A stretch of DNA of 64,000 bases, taken from the NCBI RefSeq assembly GCF_009914755.1, contig NC_060931.1, one strand, 5' to 3'. The notes under the pieces are model-generated. The model made no database searches and was not told the DNA's origin. It worked only from the letters and a program-made list of their open reading frames with translations. This DNA comes from the human T2T-CHM13v2.0 reference genome, Homo sapiens. The position numbers and the translations under genes are program-made. This document shows positions 15,186 to 27,013 of the stretch, piece after piece. How positions within the stretch are numbered: the first letter of the stretch is position 1; each line of letters opens with the position of its first letter.

Positions 15186-15965
15186 CCATCCACACCAGAA
15201 TGTAAATGGGAGTTTAACTACTCTCTACTCATCTAGATCCCAATAACTAATTCCAAATATCCTACATTTTTCTGCTGGCCTGTGGCCTTCAACCTTCTGT
15301 CTAGTAGAAATTTCTGTCAGTTAGGGTTTTTGGTGTGCAGGTAACAGAAACGGACTCGGCTCAAGCCTCTATCCACCTTGGGTTCCTCTGTGTCTCTGTG
15401 TAAGATTCAAATTCCCAGGAGTGCATCTGACTGGCCCAGCCCACATGTGGCAGGGCATTGAGGGTGAGGCACACACACCAGAACCAAGGCAGGGCCAGGG
15501 GAAGGGTCATTCCCTAAAGGCAGGAATTCTGGGTAGCAAGGCCAGCATGAGTTCTGGGAAGAGGTCTGGACTGCTCCATGGAGACCTACGATGTAAACAC
15601 AGGCAAACCCCTCTACCTCTCAGGGTCTCGATTCCTTTTTCATTAACCAGGAACAACAAGACTTATTCTGCTCACCTGACAGGTAACCATCAAACATAAA
15701 TGAAGATAGGGATGCACTTGGAAATTAACATAGAGACTTGTTACAGCAGCCAGACACCCGGCCCCTTCTCTCTCTAATCTAAACAACCACAGCCCTGCAG
15801 TTTCCAACGTGAATCATGTTGCCTTCTCTTCTGGAAACCTTTCACATGTTTCTTCATAAAGGCCCCACACCGAATGTGGCATTCCCATGCAATTGTTTTC
15901 CATTTCCACATCCCACAAAACTCTCTTCCAAAGAATCTGGGTTTGCTCCATGACAGAAACAAATA

Positions 15966-16104
15966 GGCCAGGCGTGGTGGCTCACACCTGTAATCCCAGC
16001 ACTTTGGGAAGCGGAGGCAGGCAGATCACTTGAGGTCAGGAGTTCGAGATCAGCCTGGCCAACATGGTGAAACCCCATCTCTACTAAAAATACAAAAATT
16101 AGCC
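15966..16104 (+). mobile_element. AluS left arm only (right arm absent)
   Basis: The Alu match stops abruptly after the linker AAAAATACAAAAATTAGCC. Confidence 0.9.
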
Positions 16105-16161
16105 ACGGTCAGGATACCGTGGCCATTGAATATATGCCACAGGGCAGGCAGTGCCTCTAAT
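16104..16161 (-). pseudogene. Micro-NUMT: 58-bp fragment of mitochondrial 16S rRNA (MT-RNR2)
   Basis: The reverse complement ATTAGAGGCACTGCCTGCCCTGTGGCATATATTCAATGGCCACGGTATCCTGACCGTG aligns without gaps, 48/58 identical, to recalled human mt-16S ATTAGAGGCACCGCCTGCCCAGTGACACATGTTTAACGGCCGCGGTACCCTAACCGTG. Confidence 0.8.
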
Positions 16162-19100
16162 TGGGAAAAAACGAACTACGACCTTAAATAGATGAACTAT
16201 TTAATAGGTTGGTTTTTTAAAATCTATTTTAGTATTTCCAAGTGCAAGTGTCTTTATTGCTCACCAGACAATGAAGCACAGGGTTTAACACAGGAGGACC
16301 TACCTGTTTGAGGTTTGGGGGTTTTTGGTTATTATGTTATTAGTTAGGAATGTTTTCAGCTGCAAATAATAGAAAACCTACGTGTGGTGAAACAAATAGG
16401 GGTTCACTTCTCTTACATAACAAGAAGGGTGGCTGCTGATGCTGATTTAGCAGCTCTGTGAGCTTGGTGCCAGCCTTTCCCTGGTTCTCTTGGCTTTTAT
16501 CTCATGATTACAAGAAGGCTGCCTGAGTTCCTGGCGTCACATCTTTATTCAAGGCAGGAAGCCAGGGGAAAGGGGCTTTTTATCCAGAAAGCCAAAGCTT
16601 TTTCTGAAGTCCTTCTGTCAGCTTTCATCTCAGTGACCAGAGCTATGTCCCATGGCCTGGGAGGCAGAGAAAAGAGCATTTGGCTTTTCTGGATGCTTTA
16701 GTGAAGGCAGGCAAGGGAGGGAGGAGGGCACTGGGATTGGAAGAGCTAATCCACAGCGTAGGCTGTGGCTCCTTAAATCTTCGTTTGTTTACACTATGAG
16801 GCAGTGGTGTAGTGTTTTTCAAACTGGAGAATTGTGACCTACTAGGAGGTTGCGAAATCAACTTAGTGGGTCTCTGACCAGCATTCTTTTAAAGTAAAAT
16901 AAAATAGAAAATATTGATGCTCAACTAAATAGTGAGGATCGGGACTATTTGTGACACAGCTGTGTTAGTTTTATATCTAATGACCTACATGTGAGTCTCA
17001 GTCAAAAAGATTGGGAAGCCGTTGCCACAGGGGATGATGTGTAGAGGGGGTTAGGTGTGGGCTGGGGTCAGACGGCCAGGGGCACTTGGCCTTTTTGGCC
17101 ATTTATGGCACACATTTGGGCAAGTTACAATCATCCTTTTAGGTCTATTTCTTCCATTGTAAAAGAGAGAAAATAATATACCCACCTTGTTATATGTAAA
17201 AAATGGGTTAGCACACAGTTTGTGTCATAGTAATTACCCAAGAAAATGCTGTTGGTATTGGTATCTACTGATAACCAGTCATTGCCAGGTCCCGCTTTCA
17301 TGACCCAATTAGGTTCACTTAAAAGTAGCAATATACTCATACGTAAACCAGAAATGTTAAAATCTCCTCCCCCACAAAAAGTTGACTTTGGCACAGTGCC
17401 GTCCACCGAATCCTGTGGGATGCTATTACAGAAAATCCTAGGAAACCTGTTAATTTCCCCGCAGGAGGGCTAACGTTGAGGGTGCAGCTTGTGAGTCATC
17501 GGCATGGGGCCAGCGGACCCGTGGAAGAAACTTCTCTCTGGCCTCGGTCCCAGGAATTGCTGGGCTTCTTCCGGAAAACTAGCTTCCTTTCATCTTTGGG
17601 ACTGAGCGAATGATGGAGCTGATCCTGTTTCCCTGCTTGCTTTGGCCCAATTAGCAGTTCCTCTCTAGCAGACAGCACAGGACTTGTGGCGGGGAGAATA
17701 TTATGGATGCCTCGCTTTTTTCTACAACATTTTTCTAAGTCCCCTCTGCCGCAAAGATTTCTTCCCCTACTTTTTGTATCTGCGTTTTTATCACAATGGG
17801 CTCCTCCCCTGGCCTTGGGCCCAGTGCCTCCAAGGATAAAGCAACACTTGAGCGTCCCCTCTGTGTGTAGAGGTGACACCACCTCGGCCATCACCAGCCC
17901 CATGAAGGGACTTCTACCCAGCAGCCCCACTGGGTGGGAGCGCCCATTTCTACTGCCCGCATGTCTGTCTGTGCAGTTTAGGAATGCCAGGGCTGGTGCT
18001 TAGGCTGGGCACACTGTGCGGGGGACATGCCGCCCTGCTCCCTGTGCCTGGCACCTAGAAATGAACACTTTACGGGAATGGAACCCAGGGCACGACCATC
18101 TCAGCCCGCGGAACGATCCAGCCCAACTGGTGAGAACTCCCGCTCTTGGTGTTGGGGGCCAGGCAGGGTTCGTGGAGAGGGTCCTTATAACCTGCTCAGC
18201 CCCCTAGCCAGAGCAATCCTACACATCGCTGAGCCCTCTTCGGGATGAGAATGCGCACCCTCAGCCCAGCCGTATCCTCTGCCCCTGCCCCTGCCCCTAC
18301 CCAGGGAGGGCAGTCCTGGGGGTCCCAGGGCAGGCATGGACCAGGACTAGCGTTACCAGCACTGACCTGCCCAGTCCATCCCCCAGCCCCAGCAAGGCTG
18401 GGTCCAGGGCTTCCACCCCTCCATGCACAGCCCACGCCAGCTGGGTTCCACAGGATCCTTTTAAATCACAATTCCAAAGCGGGCTGTCCACAGGCAAGGA
18501 AGCCAGGAGCCTGTTCACACAAATGCTCGCTGTTCAGGGCAGGCTGCCCAAGTCACCCCTTCCTGGTGTCCCCAGACCTGGGCTACTAAGTCCTGGGGGT
18601 CCGGAAGGCAGGGTTAGTCCCAGGTAACCACAGGGACGCTCCAGGGATCCCTGCTGAAGGACAAGGACCTTCTCCTCCTCCTCCTCTTCCTCCTCCTGCA
18701 TCTCAGCCTCCCCAGCAGCCACAGCCAAGAGCCCTGCCAAGCCGATGGGACCCACGCAATCAATAAGCAGGTGATAGCTTCTTCAGGTAGGGAATGTGGG
18801 GCATGGTCGCACAGGAGACCCACAGGGTTCCCTGGGATCCAGCGAGGGCCTTCATTCCCACATTGCCCCCAACAGTCCTGAGCACCTCAGCAACAAGGAG
18901 TTAATTTTTTTTGATTATGGCAAAATACACATACAATTTATCATCCTAACCATTTGAAGTGTGTGGTTGAGTGGCATTAAGTACACACACATAGTCGTGC
19001 GGCCGTCAGCACCATCTGTCTGTCTCCAGAAGTCTGTCATCTTCACAAACTGAAACTCTGGAGCTAAACCTTTAAAACTGTCTCATTTGACAAGTTTTTT

Positions 19101-20881
19101 GTTAGTTTGTCTTTTTCTTTCTTCTTTTTTTTTTTTTTTTTTTGACGTCCCTGGGCTCAAACTCATCCAACAGGCTTTGATTGAAGATCTGTTGTGGCTT
19201 CCTGGGGGGAACACAGGCAGGACAGCCCTGCTCTTAAGGCACCCAGTGGGGTGAAGAGGTGAGCCAAGAAGCCTCCAGCCAAGAAGGCGGTAGCCTGCCA
19301 GGCGCAGGCCACCTCGGGGCATGGGAGGGAGGCCCAGGAAGGGGAAGGGGCCAACAGAGACTTCTTGGACCAGCCCTTGGCTGGTGAGAGGAACTTCTTG
19401 GTGCGGGGGATGGGGTGGCTGGGGGGATTCAAAGGGAATGTTTTTCCTGTGGTCAGACTGGGCCTGATAAACAGTGCACGGGGGGCCAGCAGGGCAGGGG
19501 GACCTAGGGCTGAGGACATGAGGGGATGGCTCTGTGAAAGTCCCAGCTTTCCAAACCACAGAGGGAGGTAGAAATATGTGAAGCATGTGTGGCTCTTGAG
19601 GGCCTCTCACCCTCGGTCCATCGACCCCTGGACGGACTTCAGATAAATTACAAGCTGCCCACAAGCACTTTGGTGGGAATCTTGTTTTTCCTCTTTCAGA
19701 CAAAAAGCAGATTTGCTGACAGATTAGGGAGCAGGGGGCTGGGGTGAGGGGGAGGTCACCCAGGAGCACAAAGCCCATTCGAGAAGCATTAAATCACCAG
19801 TTAATGAGATGCTGCTAAGCCTTGGTGCTGGGGAGGAGAGGAAGAGTTCAGGGGAAGCCTCTGGAACTCATGGGAAGGGCTGCTAGGCCTGGTTTTTCCC
19901 GTGACTCCCAAGGACCTGGACTGAACCGGTGGGGCCTGCAGTTCTCATTTCATTCCCCAGGCATTAATTGCCTATGAGGGGGCGGAATGATTACCACTGC
20001 TGTACGTCTGAAGACACTGAGACACACAGCAGTGGCTTCTCCAATGTCACATCCTAGTGAGGGATGGAGTGGGAATCAGGTTGGAGTTTGGAGCCAAGTT
20101 ACCTTCTCTCCTGTGATGCCACTCCCCTGCCTGCTTCCCCACCCCGTCACCTACTGGGTCACCTACTACTAACCAGCCCTCATATGGCACCCGCTCATGG
20201 GTCACGCCTTTGGCTTTTACAAGGGTATACAGTTGGTACAGCAGACATGATTGCACTCATTTCACAGAACAGGGTCTGAGGCCTGGAGAGGCTTTGGGTT
20301 TGCGCCAAATTCATGACAAAAATATATCTAAATATGCAAATGTGTGGTGCTCTATAGAGGAGTGGTTAGGAACGAAAAGGATCAATCAGCCAGCCAGACC
20401 TGGGTTTTAGTCCTGACTGCTGTGTGACCCTGGGCAAGTTGCTTAACCTGTCTGTGGCTGGCTCTCCTCAACTGTACAGTGGTGATAAGCATATCATCTT
20501 GGCATTATTGTATATGATAAGTAAAATTACACAGATTCCAGCTACTACAGAGCCTGGCATTAAGTCAGTGCTCCATAAATATTCATCAACATCATCACCA
20601 TCATCAGCTGTGGGCTGAGGTGCGAGATTGTGGAGGCCTGAGGCCAGCAGGGTGCCAAGGCCCAAGGAGGCTGTGGGGTGGAGGGTTGGACGGCTGTTTC
20701 AGAAGAGACAGGGCCCTTGCCATGGGTGGGGAGGGCCTCCCGCTGGCAGATATGACACACAGAAGGCTCCACCTCCCTAACAAACTGGCAGAGAAATGAA
20801 AACTGAGGGCATGATTTTAAGTAAACACTCTCCCGGCTCAGAAACGGTGCAGGTGCATTTACATGTCAATCGGTTCCAGGC

Positions 20882-21014
20882 TCAGAGGTTTGCAGTCAGG
20901 AAAGGTGGCTGGGTTGTTGCTGGTTTTGTGGTGGCCTCTTCCGGTCCTTGATCTGATTGAAGAGAGCTGCTCAGCTGGAAGTCCTCAGCTCCGAAGCTTC
21001 TAGGGCTCCATGCT
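20882..21014 (-). CDS. CRYGN: CRYGN terminal coding exon used in human (non-crystallin tail)
   Basis: Acceptor ...CAAACCACAG|A in phase with exon 3; encodes (A)AWSPRSFGAEDFQLSSSLQSDQGPEEATTKPATTQPPFLTANL*. The spliced total is 182 aa, matching the recalled human protein. Confidence 0.85.
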
Positions 21015-22983
21015 CTGTGGTTTGCAGGTGAAAGGAGGTGGGGCCAGGGCATTAGGGGTACAGAGCAGGCCTTTTGGGGACCCATCTACCACATGGCAGC
21101 AGGGAGCCCCTTCCCCTTTCCTGGGCGGAGTGGACGGTTGCCTAGTGGTTTCATGTCTTCATTTGGCCTCGGCTGTCATGGGACAGCCTACGGGGGTCCC
21201 ACAGCAGTCATGGGGCCCCTCCGTCTTTGCCACCCAGCTCTTGGTGGGGAATTGTCTTGGGTGAATTGGGTGACCCATCGTGACTCTTTTTCCATTGCTC
21301 TTTCAGTGAGGGATGGGGAGAGGTTGGAGGACACCCAGGAACGGGACAGCCATCCCCTGGCCCACCACACTCAGGCCACCACACTGTGCGACAGAATCAG
21401 CCCCTGAGATTTTGTTTTTCTCTCGGGAACCCTGTGTTCCCTCGCTGAGCTCCCTGCCGTACTCCATCACCCCCTAGGCCTGTCGGGGTGTCTCAGTTCA
21501 ACTCAGATAGTAACCCAGGGCTCATGGGCTTTCCCTCGGAGTCCTGAGCTGGGCGACCAGCCTAGAGGGGCTGATCCCCAGTCCAAACCCCTCCATCTAC
21601 TCAGAAAACTGGAGTAAGATGTATGGTGAGGAGGACCCGGGAACTGAGAGGCCAGTCGGGAGCCAGTTGGTTGGGGGGACTCTGGGATCGCAGTCGGGGA
21701 TTAGAGGCTGGACCAGGAGTCAGATCCACAGCCAGAACTCTGTGGGCACACGGGTGATCCAACCCATGCACCTGGCCCCCCACTGATCCCTCATCCAGCC
21801 AGGCCTTGGTCCAGGCACAGGCCATGTGGACATCTTTGGGGTCTCCATGTCCAGGAGCCCCCATGCTCAGGAATCTCGGGTCCAGGGCCCCTGTGTTCTC
21901 CTCAGAAGCCCAGAGCACTCCATCTGTTGCCTCCTTCTGGGGTGGGCTATGGTTTCCTCACAGGCAGGCTCCATTCAGGACTCTGCTGGAGGGCTGCCGG
22001 CAGCAGGGAGTTACCTGGGCCACCCCCAGGGACCAGAGTTCCCCTCGTGGGACCTTTCCTCTCTCCCCAGTGAGTTGGAAGCATAGGCGTGGGTGGGGAG
22101 GGAGTGGGGGGATGCTTTTGGGGACGTGGACCTCTTATGCCCAGGAATCCCACTGCCTGGGCCGAGTATCTCCTTCCAGGACAGACTTCTCCCTCCCCTC
22201 TGCCCCTCAAGGGTGGGGTGTCCCCTCTAGATTCAAGCCCACCCCAACAGGAGGACCCAGTGTCCTGGAGAGGGCCCAGGAATGGAGGAATTCTACAGGC
22301 GAGCGCTTGGTGCTGCACCAGCTGAAGACGCGAGCCGCCGGTTCTGGGTCTGCCAGCCCTACTGCTCCAGGGGCTATGGCTGCAGCAGACACGCCCCATG
22401 CCCCTTTCTCCCCGAAAGCCCCTCCATTCCCACAGAGCCCACCTGTTCAAGCTAAGCCCCCACCCTGACACTCACCACCACTAACTGTTTTCTCTCTCGC
22501 AGGAGAGGGGTCTGCCCTGGGTCGAAACCATCCTTCCAGAGGGGTCTCCCTTAGAAACTCCGAGGCCAAGATTAGCCATGAGGATAAAACCCAGAGATCA
22601 GACACAGAGACCCTGGGTCAGGCCTTTGGCCACATGGCCTGGCAGCCTCACCTTGCCGAGTCACAGAGAGGCAGAGCCCCAAGCGAGCCTGGGGAGTCCT
22701 GAACCGGCCTGGGTTCCGGCCCTGCCCCATCCCCATTGCTTCTCACCACCTCTCCCCACCACTCTCCCCTCCCTGGCCCAGGGGGTCCCTGGGAGTCCGG
22801 GAAAGCGCCCTGGATCATCCAGCTCCTCCCAGGGCTGGGATGCCCACTGCCGAGAGAGCACTCAGAAGCCGCCCGTTGGCTTTGAGGACTTTTATCGCCC
22901 AAGGTCCCGAGGTCTGGGTGGGACCGCAAGGGGTTGCCCCTGTCCCCAGAGCTGCGCCCGGCCATCCCGGTGGGAGGGCTCGG

Positions 22984-23119
22984 CTGGAAGAAGTTGACCA
23001 CCTTGTGGAGCGACTGCACTCGTGCGCTGTGGGCCTCCCAGTCCGAGAAGCTGCGGAAGTCGCCACTCTCCACCACGTACATGCGGCCGTGGTAGTTGGG
23101 CTCCTCATACAGGACCCAC
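22984..23119 (-). pseudogene. CRYGN: Ancestral CRYGN exon 4 (Greek key motif 4), skipped relic with no stop codon
   Basis: Acceptor ...CTGGCCTCCAG|G in phase with exon 3; encodes WVLYEEPNYHGRMYVVESGDFRSFSDWEAHSARVQSLHKVVNFF followed by CAG (22986-22984). The frame stays open to 22648. Confidence 0.9.
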
Positions 23120-23355
23120 CTGGAGGCCAGGGGAGTGGGGATCAGGGGCTGCCAGGAAGTCCCCCGGGACTCCGGAGAGAAAAGCCTGCACAGCCTGGCC
23201 ACCCAGCAACCCCTCCCGGTCGAGCGGCCCCTTCACTCTGGGCTACACGAAGGCACCCACGGTGCCTTCCCCAGTGCCCTGTGGGGTCCATGCTGGGGTG
23301 TGACATGTGTGGGGACAGGCCCAGTAATGTCCACATTTTAAAACTGACCAGTCCT

Positions 23356-23611
23356 GGCCGGGCATGGGGGCTCACGCCTGTAATCTCAGAATTTTGGGAG
23401 GCCGAGGCAGGCAGATCTCTTGTAGTCAGGAGTTTGAGAGCAGCCCGGCCAACGTGGTGAAACCCCGTCTCTACTAAAAATACAAAAATTAGCTGGGTGT
23501 GGTGGTGGGCACCTGTAATCCCAGCTACTTGGGAGACTGAGGCAAGATAATTGCTTGAACCAGGGAGGCGGAGGTTGCAGTGAGCCGAGATTGCGCCACT
23601 GCATTTCAGCC
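23356..23611 (+). mobile_element. AluS, 3'-truncated (no A-tail), in CRYGN intron 3
   Basis: Alu dimer ending at GCCACTGCATTTCAGCC. Confidence 0.9.
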
Positions 23612-24322
23612 ATCCTTGGCAAGGATGCACTCCCGCCATCACTGCACGCCCCACACACTCCTGTTCCCTGATAAGGACCACCTTGCACAGACAGTACCCC
23701 CAGCACCTGGTGGGGGGCCTGGCACAGAGGGCACCGTTCATTCAGTGAATGCCAGCAGGTTCCCACATGTGTGCCCAACACTGTGTCAGGTACCAGAGGT
23801 GCCATGGTCACACAACACGGTTCCTGCCCCCTCCTGCCCTCACGGGGCCTCCCCTGCAGAGGAAATGGGCTGTGGGGGTGCAGTTGCATGGAGGAGCCTG
23901 CAGGGCACAGAGGAGGGTTGGGGAGTCCCAAGCAGGGCCCCTTCCTGTCCTCCTCCCCTTCTGCACACCACTGGGGCAGCCACCAACAACCCAGAGAGCA
24001 GAAACAGTCAGGACAAGTCTTTACAGAGCCTGGAGGACCTCGGGCTGGTGGGGGCAGGAGAGAACACAGCTCTTCATCACCCAGGAAGCTGTGGGCCCGG
24101 CCCAGAAAAGCAGGAAGGTGCGGTGGGGAGGGAACGGGGGACCAGGAGGAAGGGACTGGAGGTCCAGGATAGTGGCCTTTGCCTGGAAAGGGGCATGTGG
24201 TCCAAGGAAGACACCTCAGGACAGCTCGGAGCAGGGGCTGGCCCAACCCTGTCCTTCCCTCACCATCTCTGAGACGAGTGAGGCTTGTCATGCCTGGTGC
24301 CTGGCACAGTCTGCTGCCTCAA

Positions 24323-24473
24323 GGGTTGGGGCCAGGAAGGAAGAGAGAGAGGCAGAGGGTGTGAGCCAGCCTGGAGCACCTGCTGGGGGACTCAGGGCAG
24401 GCCTGGTCCAGCCTGGACCCCACCCTCATGGCCCCCGTATCCATGCCCCTCCACACCTACAGCTTTCCAACCC
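24323..24473 (-). ncRNA. MIR3907: Annotated microRNA precursor mir-3907 (mature sequence 24360-24381)
   Basis: 151-nt segment bounded by complementary ends GGGTTGG...CCAACCC; contains the recalled mature sequence AGGUGCUCCAGGCUGGCUCACA. Confidence 0.8.
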
Positions 24474-25402
24474 CACACCTGTGCCACAGCTGGGGCCTCA
24501 GAGGCACCTCAGAGAGTCAGCTGGTCCTTTCCTACCCTGTGGTGGGCAAGAAATGCCCCAAGCCATGTCCTGGGCCACATGAGGGTTCTCACATGGACAC
24601 CCCCAAAAGGAGGGGGCGGGGAACCACCCATCCTGCTGTCCCCTGTCCTGGCTGTGGCTACTGGGAGGAGGCAGACAGAGGAAAGGGCAGGGGCCTGTCC
24701 TGCCCACATCAGCACCGTGCCCTTCCCCAGGTGAGGGTAGGTGGAGGCAGAACGCCAGTGCATTTCCCTCCGAGAGCCCACCAGGACACGGGTCTGAGGG
24801 GATGGGTCATGCCTGGGCTGATGTGGGACCCAGAGGGAAGGAGTCTTGGCAGTGGGAGGTGGTGGAGGGACCCTGCCTTGCCCACTCCCCCGACCCCAGG
24901 AAAGGCCTCCTAGCAGTGTCCCCTCCGGATCGAGGGGACCTGGGGGCGTTACCTCCTTGACAAGGGCTTACATTTGTGTAAGAGTAAGAGTCTTAGGCGG
25001 CAAAGGCTGAGCTCCTGGGTCCCCCACCTGGGGTCCCGATGGCTGGCTCCTCTCAGGGACAGTGGGGATTGTGTGCCCCTCAGTCAGAGAAATGTTAGCC
25101 TCCACCTTCCCCACCTTCGTTCTCAACAAGCCCCTGAGCGTTGGGGGTGGGCCGGGGGGATTGTGTCTAGGGCCTCAGGACATCCTCCACGCAAAGGCAT
25201 GACTTGGGCCTTACAAGACACAATTTAGCCAGCAAGTTTTCCAGGGCAAATTCTTGTTTTGGAATGCCACCCCTGGGCTCCAGGTGCCACCAATTTAGGG
25301 CAAAATGCAATTTCGTAAAACGGAATCCTGGAGCCAGCTAGAGTGACAGAAACAGCAGGAAGGGGGCCAACATCAGGCCACCGGGGAAAGGTGGGATGTA
25401 CA

Positions 25403-25905
25403 CAGTCCCTCCCTATCCCTGGGAACTGGTTCCAGGACCTCCCTTGGATATCAAAATCCGAGGATGCTCAAGTTCCTGATATAAAATGGCACTGTATTTG
25501 CATATAACCCATGTGTATCCTCCCATATATAGTAAGTCCTCACTTAACACCGTCAGTAAGTTCTTGGGAACCGTGGCTTTAAGCACATGATATATAACAA
25601 AGCCATTTCTCCCCTCATCAATTTTATAATGAATCCACATTGAACAAGATGACATATTTGAGGACCTGCCATACATTGTTTCACTTAAAGTCACAGTTTC
25701 CAAGAACCTATCCACAATGTTAAGTGAGGACTTACTGGACTCGAAATCATCTCCAGATTACTTATGATACCTAATCCAACATAAACGCTATGTAAATAGT
25801 TGTACAGTATCTTTCAGGGAATAATGTACATATTCAGCATAGACACAATTGTGGGGGGATATTTTCGCTGTGCGGTTGGAGCCCATGGACATGGGGTACC
25901 ACCTG
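25403..25905. mobile_element. MER2-like Tigger element with a nested Tigger MITE (MER6B-like, 25530-25737)
   Basis: The MER2 motif GGATGCTCAAGT.CCTGATATAAAATGG is split by a 208-bp element with inverted termini AGTAAGTCCTCACTTAAC / GTTAAGTGAGGACTTACT. Confidence 0.75.
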
Positions 25906-27013
25906 TGCCCAGCTCTGCCTCGGCCCAGTCTCTGTCTCCCTGCAGTCCCTCTGCCCCCTGCATCCCCTCCGAAGCTCCCTGGCCTTGAACCTCTGTAGTA
26001 TAGACGGCAAATTGTTCCTCAATTGCTTCGATAGGCGCCAGAACCATGCACAGCCAGCTGGAACCTGTGTGAGGGGCTCTTGGCCTGAGGGGAGGGGACT
26101 GAGGCCTGGGAAAGCGGCTAGCTCTGGAACAGGGACAGACACAGGCTTGGCTGCAGTCTCAGCTGTGCCACTCCCACGGGGCGGCCGGGCAGTCAGCCTT
26201 CTGAGTCTCAGCTTGCCCTTTGTAGAACGGGGGCGATAATATCTACCTGACCTAGAGGTGTGGGCTGGACAATGAAAATACATGGCCAACTTGAAGGTGC
26301 TCAGAGGATAGTTGCAAAAGGGGAGTGTGCGGGAGGGCAGGAGGGGGCACACAGGCTGCCCTTGGTTGACCAGGAGGAAACCCAAGTGTGGGGCAGACAA
26401 ACCCATCTGGGCCTGGGCAAAATTCCCCCAGCTACTTTCTGTCCAGGAGTGAGCCACCCCGAAGTCCATCTCCTCCCAGAGGCCAGGGTGGTGGGGGTTT
26501 GCAGAGAGGCCCGGTTCAGGGGTCAGCTCTGCGGGGTAGGCGCGGGGGCAGGGTGGGCTGGTCCACCCTTCTCAGAGCAAGTGAGCCCACTGTGGCTTTT
26601 CCAGCCCATAAGGCCCTGGAGGACCCCTTGGTAAGCAGGTGTCCCCCGGTTCAAGAAAACCAAAGGCGGCCCCTTGTATCAGATCAATCGCAGAGAACCG
26701 TGCAACTTTCAAGGTACTCTCCTACCTCTGCTCCTGGACTGAGGCCCTAGAGGGAAGGTCTCAGGGTGCCTCTGGGGCCCAGAGTCCCTCTCTGAGGCCC
26801 TTCTGGGCCACAGGGGAAGCTCCCCGCTGCTTGACTGGGGCAGGTGAGGCAGCTGAGGAAAGGAGAGGGCCTGTGGGGCCAGGGACACGCTGCCCACTGC
26901 TGGAGGTCTCATTCCCACCCCACCCACCACCCCTGTGTGGCGGGCAGCCTCCCACGCCTGGTGCTGAAGGGCCTAGCCGGGCCTCGGGGTGCGGCCACGT
27001 GGCCTGTACTCAC

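Noticed and set aside
18534-18823. Poly-Glu and poly-Arg ORFs
   Set aside because: Translations of a short (CCT)n simple repeat at about 18672-18697.
23142-24913. Cluster of 150-300 aa ORFs in CRYGN intron 3
   Set aside because: Partly Alu-derived, GC-rich, open in several frames at once, with no recognisable domains.
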